This document shows, one piece after another, positions 37,032 through 47,230 of a stretch of DNA of 54,986 nt. The position numbers and the translations under genes were made by a program. Source of the DNA: Seison nebaliae (lineage: Eukaryota). Under the pieces are notes generated by a model. That model was given only the letters and a program-made list of their open reading frames with translations. It had not been told where the DNA came from and searched no databases. Location of the stretch: NCBI GenBank assembly GCA_023231475.1, contig JALJEE010003283.1, positions 1 through 54,986 on the forward strand, in the 5' to 3' direction. Numbering within the stretch: position 1 is the first letter of the stretch; every line of letters begins with the position of its first letter.

Positions 37032-37910
37032 ATGGAAATGAAAACATTGAATGAATTATTCGATCATCGATATATCGACTTAATTCAACGATTATCGAAA
37101 AAGGAACTTATCGAATGGCGAAAGAAATCATCATCCATCAATAACGATTGTCAATTAACAAATAGTTTATTCACATCTCTCGTCAATGACGAACAAGAGA
37201 ATCATAAACCGGAAACACAATCTCCAATATTACCATCAACAATATCATCAACAACAACAACAACAACAACGTCTTCTTCCAATTCATTAATGTCGTCAGG
37301 AGAAGGAAATATGATAAATGGAAAAAAATCGTTCGTCAAACAACCAAGTATCCGGATCGATGTTGAAAGTGATGGTGGTGATACGAAAGACAATTGTCTC
37401 ATCACTACCGACCATGATTTGGGAAATGCTTTCGTTCATCTTCACAATTTACCGAAATTGAATGAGAAATTTTATTGTCGACCATTACGCAGATCAGATT
37501 ATCAATATATCGAATTATTGAGACAATTGACAACAGTTGGTGATTTGTCCATCGAACAATTTCAACAACGATATGATGCGATGAGGTCGTGTGGAGGAAC
37601 GTATTATATTTGTGTGATTGTCGATAAGAATGAAGAGAAGATCGTAGCGGCTGCCACATTAGTGCGAGAACAAAAATTTATACATCGAGCTAGTTCGCGA
37701 GCTCGAATAGAAGATGTCGTGGTCGATTCCACTTATCGTGGTATGGCATTAGGTAAATATTTAATGTGTTTACTAACAAATCTTTCTTTCGCCATTGGTA
37801 GTTATAAAGTCTCTCTCGAATGTACATCAGATGTTGTTATGTTCTACACCAAATTCAATTTCCAACATTCGTCCAACATGTGTTTTATGCAACATCGATG
37901 GTTCGATTAA
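37032..37910 (+). CDS. GNPNAT1: Glucosamine-6-phosphate N-acetyltransferase, intronless
   Basis: RPLRRSDY, LLRQLTTVG, TLVREQKFIH..ARIEDVVVDSTYRGMALGK, YKVSLEC. Confidence 0.92.
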   Translation: MEMKTLNELFDHRYIDLIQRLSKKELIEWRKKSSSINNDCQLTNSLFTSLVNDEQENHKPETQSPILPSTISSTTTTTTTSSSNSLMSSGEGNMINGKKSFVKQPSIRIDVESDGGDTKDNCLITTDHDLGNAFVHLHNLPKLNEKFYCRPLRRSDYQYIELLRQLTTVGDLSIEQFQQRYDAMRSCGGTYYICVIVDKNEEKIVAAATLVREQKFIHRASSRARIEDVVVDSTYRGMALGKYLMCLLTNLSFAIGSYKVSLECTSDVVMFYTKFNFQHSSNMCFMQHRWFD

Positions 37911-39777
37911 CTCTCTTTATTCATCTAATAAGATCATCATCATTTCCACATTTATCTCATCATTTTTTCCCTCCTCCTCATTACCATCATAATTACCATT
38001 AGTTTATTTCTCATTCTTTCTCTTTCGATATATCCAATTCTCACAACTCAAAATTATTCGAGAAAAATAATCATAATTATTTATTTTATCACCAATATTT
38101 ATTCTTCCTCTCAGAGATTTCTTATGAGAATTATTCTCTCCATAAAAACAATTGGTTGACTTTCCTTTTATCATCATTCCTTCATCGATTTCTCTCTGAA
38201 AATATTCTAATTTTCAAATATTTCTCTCGTTAATCTTCTACATTGATATTTGCGATAGAATTCACTTAAATAAAATTGACCTTACTCTAAACGATCCAAA
38301 ACACGTCGAGACATATTCAAATAATTTATTATATAAAAATTTTATATCGTCTCTTGTCAAACAAGTATTTAGTTAATCATCCTAATTTTAGTTGTGTAAA
38401 ATGAATAAGAATAGAATAATAAAGAGTCATGGACTCATTGGGTGTAATGAATCAGTTAGGTTATGAACGACTCGTAATGACTACCATTATAAATATCGAA
38501 ATTCGATGGAACGACCTTATTTTTTGAGAAATGTCCTTTTCTTTTAATTATTCTAATTCCTTGAATCGATTACATTTCTTGTTCTATTAGTGTCATTTTT
38601 TTTTCATTAAAAATTTCCTGAAGAAAAATGAGAATTGACTTATACGAGTAACAAATAATATCATTATCTCTCATTTCATTATTAATGTGAGATTATAGAA
38701 TTGTTGATATGAAGAATCTTTGAATAATTTTTAAGCAATTTTCCTATTACCATCTTGCCCGAAAAATGTGCATGAAGGAAATTAATCGATTAACAATATT
38801 TCGACATATTCGACAAGATATGTCAGAAGATTTGTTCGAAAAAGTCATTCATTTTTGTACTGATCAATTGTACTCCACCGAATTGTTGGATGTATCCAAT
38901 TGTCAGAACTTTCAGAGATGAATGTTCATAAAACAGAATGATTTCCAGTGAACTGTCTAATTGGCAGACGGTCCAAAATGTTCTTTCTCAACAATTGAGC
39001 ACTTACGAGGTATGTATTGCGCTATTCGCATAATTTTCCATTTGAATGAAATGAATGAATCAATTTGGTTAGATTTTAAATAACAAACTTCGATATACGA
39101 TCATGTATTGTTAACATTAATAATATTTTTGCTGCTTCTTCTCAAGTAGTCGATGTCATTCCACATAATTGATTAGTACTTGATGCAACTTGACAGTTCG
39201 TTCTTGTTGATATGTTTCCCATCGAATTGAGACATTCGAATATTTCCCTCTTAACAATTTTCTTTCTCAATTTCAAATTTTTTTTTCATCTCATTACTCT
39301 CTAATCTACCAAAGTAAATCTGCCGTCAGTGGAAAAATATAACGAACGGAAAAGTTCCGTTTTCATTCGTTTAGTTGAGGTGGTTCATGAGCAATTCTTT
39401 CATGTGAATTTCTCCTTAATGAAAATGAATAGTGAAGGTACTTGAAATTGGTAGACATCTTATGGGAACATTATGAGGCATGATTAATATCGATGTTAGC
39501 CGATGCTCTTCCTTCTTCTAGGGGTTACATCAAAATGTGAATAATTTATCATCATCACAATTAGTCTTTTTAATTCAGTGCTTTAATATTGCTTTTTCAC
39601 TCCAGATAAAATTAAGTAGATGATGAATGGTATGTAGAGAATAGTATGACATCAATGAGACTCAAATGAATCATTTTTGTTATTCATATTAAATTTGATT
39701 AGATTCTTCAAATTCGCCCGACATCCTTCTCAAATCACTTCCTCAATCTCAAATCAGAAGGAGAAGAATCAAGTATC

Positions 39778-41235
39778 ATGATAATTTCGAACGAACATTT
39801 AGAAAAGAACGAAATGATATCATCCATCATTCTCACCGGTTTAGGCTTAGTCGGTAATCTCTTGCTCATCGCTTATATTATCGCGATGATTAATCGAATG
39901 AAGAAATTGGAAGAAGAACGACATACTATCAGGAAATTGATACTCGATATCGATGATAAACGCAAGTCAATTAAACGACATTACAGGAAAGGATCATTGA
40001 GTAAATATTCGGTGAATTTGGTGAAAGATCAAACACTCCAACGACGAAGATCATCGAGATTATCAGTTTTAAAATCGATCGAGAATCAATTAATGGAAAT
40101 AATGAAATGGAATCGTTATGTTCCTTATTTAGCCGTTTTCCTCGTTTGTGACACTTTACTCATCATTTATTATTGTTGTTATATCCTTTTCAAACGGTTC
40201 CATGTTGATCATGTTCTATTGACGAATATTTCAAATTTCACATGTCGTTTTCTCACTTTTTCCACTCGATTAATCTGTTCGGCTTCTTTATGGATTTGTT
40301 CGTTAATGTTCATCGATATCGTTTTCCAATATCTGGTGAGTGTTTATCATAAGACATTGAGCACATCAAACTACACTTTATCAACAAACACCACCACCAC
40401 CACTACCAGAATGAGCCTTCTCGTCAACTCCCATTCTCAAACGAATATCAACGAGAATATTTGTAATGAATCAAATTCGAAAATGTTGAAAACTCATCAA
40501 TTCCATCAAAAACATCATCGGAGATCACCAGAAGAATATGGGACGAACGAAGAAGCACATCCAACAGATAATTCTTTAAAGAAAAATAGATCATTCAATA
40601 ATCACAGGAAATATGTCCTCCTCTTCGGTATTACTGTCAGTACGTTGATTAACATTTATATTTTGGATCGTTTCTATTTGGACGACAGGAATTTCTGTAA
40701 ATTTAATGCGAATGGATCTACGATAGAAAACATGTTGAAAATTGAATTATATACATATAAAGTTTGTGGATTACTCTTACCAATCATCTTATTTTTTCTA
40801 TTCTCTTTATTACTCCTTTGTGTTCGTTACACTGTTGATGAGAGTGAAGAGAATCCGTTACTTCAGGCGCCTCTATTCACATCAATTATTATGTGTAGTC
40901 TAATGGCAATTTTATATCTTCCTTATTTAATCTTAAGTATTCAAACTGTTCATTCGTCATTAAAATTGCTTCGATCCATCGAATTGTTAGATCTCAAAGA
41001 AGATATATTTATATTACCGTCAATCAACCAAACTCACAATGATACGAATAATATGAATGATTTTCATCATCAATTGGAAAATGATCGACTCATTTCAAAT
41101 AAGTCGATGAATACAAATGCCGCATATATTTCCTACTGTCTCAACATTATCCGATATATTTTCCACATTTCTAAATTCTTTGTCTACTTTTTCACTTATC
41201 CATCTTTCCGTCATTGGTTGCTTCGATCATCATAA
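39778..41235 (+). CDS. Divergent rhodopsin-like (class A) orphan GPCR, intronless
   Basis: Seven hydrophobic segments; TM1 GN, TM2 D, Cys at the top of TM3 and in ECL2, TM5 and TM6 prolines, TM7 KFFVY..PSFR. Confidence 0.8.
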   Translation: MIISNEHLEKNEMISSIILTGLGLVGNLLLIAYIIAMINRMKKLEEERHTIRKLILDIDDKRKSIKRHYRKGSLSKYSVNLVKDQTLQRRRSSRLSVLKSIENQLMEIMKWNRYVPYLAVFLVCDTLLIIYYCCYILFKRFHVDHVLLTNISNFTCRFLTFSTRLICSASLWICSLMFIDIVFQYLVSVYHKTLSTSNYTLSTNTTTTTTRMSLLVNSHSQTNINENICNESNSKMLKTHQFHQKHHRRSPEEYGTNEEAHPTDNSLKKNRSFNNHRKYVLLFGITVSTLINIYILDRFYLDDRNFCKFNANGSTIENMLKIELYTYKVCGLLLPIILFFLFSLLLLCVRYTVDESEENPLLQAPLFTSIIMCSLMAILYLPYLILSIQTVHSSLKLLRSIELLDLKEDIFILPSINQTHNDTNNMNDFHHQLENDRLISNKSMNTNAAYISYCLNIIRYIFHISKFFVYFFTYPSFRHWLLRSS

Positions 41236-41326
41236 ACTCTTACTTTCCATGTATAATGCGTTCAAAACATTAAAATTATTTAAATTTTATTATTATTATT
41301 TATTTATTATATTAATAAAAAAATCA

Positions 41327-44300
41327 TTAAATTTTCGATTTTGAACAATTTCCTTCATACTCCAATAGATATTTGGGAAATAACGTCTTCTCGTCAAATA
41401 TCATTGGAACTTCAATTCAACAGATTAAACAAATATAATATGAAAATATTGAAACTTTTTTCTTTTGGAATAGATTTCTTTCTTTTCTCAGTTGATAATT
41501 GTTTCGTTTTGTTATGATGTTTCTGCAACATATCCGGTTTCTTAATTTGCTCAACTTTCGCAATGTCATTTATCTCTAAAAACTTCAAAATTTTTATTTA
41601 AAAAAAGAAATATGAAATTAACTCCAAATAATCCACCAGGAGCTTGTTCGTCTTTTGACCAAACGGAGAACTTATCTGAATTAATATATCCGGGTTGTTT
41701 TCGTCTGGTACGTTCGTACATAAAATGTTCTTGGTATTGACGTCCTACACAAATATTTAATGTCCATTTAATTATTAAATAATTAAACCAAGAATAGTAG
41801 TATCCCAAGCATTGATATCATACAGTCTTGAATCAGAAATTTCTTTATCATCTAAATTAAATAATTTTAGTTTAATTAAATATTAAAATTTCGTAATTTA
41901 TCATAGTTTAAAATAAATGTAGAAAAGAAACTGTCCGAAATGAGTTCGTCATTCATGTCATTCAATCCATCACTTTCTGTAGAGAACATTTCCGATGACG
42001 TGTCATCGTAATTGTGGGAATGTCGAGGATAATTCACTCCTAATGATCCCAGAAACATGAACTTCTTCTCCAAATTATCCGTCATAATTTCATTATCATT
42101 CATTGAATATATAAGTAATTCGTAATCCAAAATGAAAATAATTTTAAGTTCATTTTCCATTTCCAAGAAATGGACGCTATTGATTAAGCAATTCTTCGAA
42201 ATAATATCATCAGCGATTTTTTGTGATTTATCTAACAGAAATATAAAAAGAAATTTAGTAGAAATTGAAAATTTTTTTTTACAGATTCAAAACTTCACTT
42301 CTCTTTTAATTTTTTGTTTTTTTTTCAAACTTCTGTTTAAATAGTTAATTAGTATACGAGAATGAGAAGTTTGGTTTCAGGGTTATCTAATCATGATGAT
42401 AGTTTTGGTCATCAGTCCATATCAAGCTTCCTCTCGTACTTCTCTTTATTGAAAGGAATGTCCGATTCAACAACAGGAGAATCGGAACCTGTTACTAGAT
42501 TCTACAAAATTAAACCTACTCCCAATATACATAAAATTTTGAAAGAACAACAATTTGGGTTAGATTTTGTGGAATATTCTTTCAATTTCCTTCTAAAGAG
42601 AAACGGCAAAATGTTTCCGAGGTCATTATGGTAAGGATTACCATCCGAACCAATTCACAAATGTGAAGACACCAAAAAAGGTGTTAGTGGGTCCTTGTTG
42701 TGCGGCTGGATTTGAAACGGCACCAGAGAGAAACCGAATATTGAAACATATCATGAAAAAAGTGATTAAGGATTGTCATACGGATAATTTTAAAAAATTA
42801 TTGAAATCAGAAAGGAAGAATGTGAAGACGTTGCCGAAAAGAGAAAAGAAGGAACCGGAAAGTTAGAATGTTTGTATTTTGTGAAGGAATGATGTTGTTT
42901 GTTGGAATATAAATGAAAAGAATTTGAATGGAATTCACTTTTCCTTTTCATTTTTTTTCTGGTTCGTCATGAATATTTCGATTGACGAGATATGGATGTG
43001 CGAAATTTTGGACTTCTTCTACCGATTTTTTGCGAGGCTTTTTTTTAATATACTTTTCTATCTGCGTGTCTTCTTCTACTTTATCCTATGTCTGATCTTG
43101 TTCATTTATCACCGAATAAAGAACTTCCTTCTAAGAATATTGTATGACTATCTGTATATGTTTGTGAATTGTTGGAAGTCATCTTATGACCGAGTGACGA
43201 AAGATCCGATTGTCCAGTTTTCCATCGAAGGTATTATAGCTTATCTGATTGCTTTAGTGAAGAAGATATTATACATTCCCAATCTCATACCGATCGATTG
43301 GGGGGGTGTCGGAATAAAAGAAACACATTGTACAGAGATTGACGGGCGAACGAATTGTTCGAAAATATTTAACGATTGGCCAACCGAATTCCCTCTGGCG
43401 GCTATGGAGGATTGTGAATGTAAAGAAGAATCATCATTAGGATGTGATTCGGAAGATGTGGAACCGCAATTGGATCATTGTCTTCCAATTGCAGATAAAT
43501 GTGAAATAAAACGATTATGTGACAGAGAAAATCTTCGAAATCGAATATGTCGACAAGCGGAAAATGTTTTTGTGACTAACATGGAACCGAATGGCAAGTC
43601 GAAGAGTACGATATCAGCCAATTATTAACTGTACTCTTACTATCAGCCGATATCAACCACCAACGATTTTGATCGATTTTGTGGATTGTGGAAATGATGC
43701 CATCTGAAATAAATTAATCAATCATTCGTCATAAAATAATAAAAATTTTAAATTAACAATTCCTTTGTACAACAAAATTATATATCTGTTCACCACTAAA
43801 AATATTCCAAAATCTCACACGTCCATCACCTCCACTTGAAATTAATTGAGCTAAATCCGCTTTCAGATCTTCTTTCTCTAATTGCTTAGCAATGAAATTT
43901 AACGAGAGTATCGACGATGCATATTCTGTTAAATATTCTCTCATTTTTGCACTCTCTCTTTCGTCTCGTTTAGCACTTCGTTCTAAACGTCGATAAAGTG
44001 AATTGCCAGTGATGATATTTGAAGATTTGACTCTCTTCAATTTCATCGCTGTGTCGTGAATACAAAATGATCGGATATATTGCTCCGATTCGGAATTCCA
44101 TGTTATTATAGTTCCATCGTATGATCCGGTTGCTAAATAATTTGGTTCGGCGAATGCAATTGATAAAATTTCCGTTTCATGTTTCTATTCGTTTGGGAGA
44201 AAGTTTTAAAAGAAAAGTTTATTGAACAAAAACTTTATCATTATCTCTCCATAATCGGAGAAGTTTTCCAGGTTGATTAAAATCGATACTATCATCCAAC

Positions 44301-46967
44301 ACCAGAACACCAATATTTCTAATAAATATTGTTTGAATTTTGTTAATAAATGAGAAATTTCAAATAAAATTTTCCAATTTTTATATTTCTAGAGAATTTA
44401 ATAAATAAATTTTAACGAAGTTGATCCCGTTATGATTATTTTCTGTCCAGCTACCGTCAATTGCTCAACATTTCCAAATTTGTATTGAGTAGTCAATAAT
44501 AATCTCATTGATAATCCATCAATAATCTGATGTGAGATGAATGAGAAATTTATGATTAATTTGATATTATTATTTTAATCAATAATTTCAATTTAAGAAC
44601 TTTTATTTCATTTGTTGCAGTGGCTAAAATTATTAAGTTTTTTAATTGATTAGAACCAGTAGATTTTGGATGATACATAATCACTGTAACTACTTCGACT
44701 GCATGTTCGTTTATTCGAGTCGTCTTATCGGTGATAATTTCTCTTTTAATCAATTTTTCTGATGATAAACAATTTCCATCATTTAAATTCCATTCAGATG
44801 CAATGCCATTGTGTTCGAATGTCCATAACTGAAGAAGAAATATTAAACGATGAAATTTTCATAGTATTTAGGGAAACTGAATTTTCTTGTTCATTCATTT
44901 GAATTTGAACAAGACGATGTTTGTAATATTTGGATGATACTGGCTCTCCATTCTCTTCGATTAATTCGTTCAATTTCATCGTCCACATTTGATGTCGTAA
45001 AAACATAAATAATATATTTCGATTTGATTCAAAATGAATCGAAATTTTATCTGAAAATCATTTAATCATTATAAAATTTTTTCGGACAATATTGTTAACT
45101 GTCGATATTAATGTCTTGTCCGAATATATTCGATATTCTTTGAAGACATGTTTGTAGTGAAGCATCCCAAATACGTAGAACTTTGTCTTTCGAGAAACTG
45201 ATTAATTGATCTCGTTCAACTATAAATTTTACGTAGATAACCATTCGGACATGACCGGCAAGAATCTGGAATTAATTGATAATCAAATTGAAATTTTATT
45301 AACTAACTCCGTTTGGACGACCGGTAACAAAAGGATTAAATAACCAAATATCGTTATTGATATTAGCGGTGGCTGTTATTAATTGTTTAAAATCACAATC
45401 ATTAAATTAACGATAAATAAGAATTAAATGAAACCAATTAAATTCATCTGTGGATGATAATCCAAATCGTTAATTCCCTGGACGATATGAATCAGCGTCC
45501 TATTCTCCATCGGATCAAAAGAAATATTATAAAACACTTAAACACCGAACTTTTGTCGGATTACCATCCGAACGGAATCGTTATTCTTCTCATACTCCAA
45601 CCAAACCAATAAGAAACTTTCATCATTCGAAAAAGTTGCGATACAATTCATTGCCGAAATATAAACAACTTTATTTCATAATAAAATTTTTTTTGGAAAT
45701 TATTTGAAAAAAAAAACCTTTTTTTGCCCAATCCGTATGGAGATTGAAAGAGAAATAATTGACATTTGGAAATTCTTTATTTTCAATATTATTCAGAGAT
45801 ATAATTGTTGAATTATCTGAATTGGAAAGATTTTTCGAACTTCATTTAAACTTAAAATGAAAACTTTGAGCATCTAAATCTGTCGTTTTTTTGTCGAATA
45901 ACGTCGTCAACGATTGGAATATTAGAAGATTGACATTCCCGCCTGTATCTGACCAAGCTAAGATGCCATCTGAATATTTGGGTTCAATCCTAAAAAGTTG
46001 TTAAATTATATAAATTTTTGGTTGAAAATGAAAAAAAAACCAAGTTTCGATGGTTAAAGGAGTAAATGGGAGATCGGTAATCCGATATTGTTGCACAATA
46101 TTATTTGTCAAATGTTCGTCACTATTTGATATTCGATTTCCTAATGCATTGTTATCGTAAATAGAGAGATCTTTCGTGGTGAATCCAACGACGATTCTCG
46201 AATCGAACAATTTCACCATAGACGTCACCCAAAGATCAGTTTGTTTATATTCATTTCCACTCCTCAAATTCCAACACGCGATATTCTTTAATTTCTCATT
46301 GGATTCATTTGAATCCATTTGATCGCGATTCTTCGAATTCCAAAGAGCCATAGTCGCATCCTTAATAGGAATTTAATTATTGGATATGATAAATCAAAAA
46401 TGGTAACACGTCCTAGAGATATGAATGTCTGTAATGATTTCAAGTATAAAATGTTTGAAACTGCATCTTTATGTGGTCTGGAGAATTAATTTTATAATTT
46501 ATGAATAGAATAAATTTATGAAATAATATTAACGATGATAATAATTTTAGTGAACTCCAACGAGGAATGAATTGTTCGAGATGTTGTTGTTCGTGTTTGG
46601 AGAATTTGTCAAGAAGATATTTACAAAATTTTTTCCAATCGATAATGGCTTCTGAATACACATCAACTTTATCGAACAAATCTTCAAACTAAAAATTTGT
46701 TTTCCTTCTTTTCTAGTGGAGTTAATTATGTTGAATAACTTCCGGTTTACTTCCATCTTCAACGATCTTCTGAAGTATTTGTATGAATTGACCTTTGTCT
46801 ACTCCATAACTTTGTTCTTCGACTTTTGATGACTAACAACGAGATTTAAATGAGAACTAAATGTGAATAATTTTCATAAGTTAAACAGCTAAAGCTTCCC
46901 GTAAACGGATCAGATGATCAACATTGAGTCGTCGCTCGAGTTTTCCGATGGAGGGATTAGTGTTCAT
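41327..46967 (-). CDS. EF-hand + WD40-repeat protein, WDR49 (CFAP337)/WDR64-like, many exons
   Basis: N-terminal LERRLNVDHL and EF-hand-like FDKVDVYSEAIIDWKKFCKYLL; WD repeats (LATGSYDGTIITWN, LISSGGDGRVRFWNI); C-terminal WDTTILGRQYQE and FDEKTLFPKYLLEYE. One intron of about 1.35-1.4 kb from 42232 to 43580 or 43640. Middle exons were not all traced. Confidence 0.75.
42362..42866 (+). CDS. Nested orphan gene A (basic, about 122-154 aa), antisense within the WDR49-like intron
   Basis: Two ORFs joined in frame by a 40-nt GTTAG..AAG intron (42559-42598); alternative ATG at 42458. Confidence 0.55.
42969..43628 (+). CDS. Nested orphan gene B (219 aa; hydrophobic N-half, Cys-rich acidic C-half)
   Basis: Long uninterrupted ORF in very AT-rich DNA; first ATG at 42969; the opposite strand is closed by stops in the frames I read. 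Confidence 0.6.
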   Translation: MNISIDEIWMCEILDFFYRFFARLFFNILFYLRVFFYFILCLILFIYHRIKNFLLRILYDYLYMFVNCWKSSYDRVTKDPIVQFSIEGIIAYLIALVKKILYIPNLIPIDWGGVGIKETHCTEIDGRTNCSKIFNDWPTEFPLAAMEDCECKEESSLGCDSEDVEPQLDHCLPIADKCEIKRLCDRENLRNRICRQAENVFVTNMEPNGKSKSTISANY

Positions 46968-46985
46968 CTTGTTTACTTCAGTCGT

Positions 46986-46997
46986 GTTCCAGGTAAC
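46986..46997. promoter_or_regulatory. Possible RFX X-box-like element
   Basis: GTTCCAGGTAAC about 20 bp upstream of the WDR49-like ATG; good GGTAAC half-site but imperfect spacing. Confidence 0.3.
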
Positions 46998-47230
46998 GAA
47001 GTAGATATGGATTATGTACTTGAAAATTGAATAATTTGATAAAGAAAAAATAATCAGTTAAAAGTTGTAATTCAAATTTTAGGTTTAGTACAGCATTGAG
47101 GATTGTTGAGAAAATAAATAATTTTCATTGTGCAAAATTCGATTGTTCATCATTTTCCTTAGCGACATTGGGAGTGAATGAAGAAATATAATAATTGAGT
47201 GACAGGTGGGAGATGATGAAATAGATAAAA

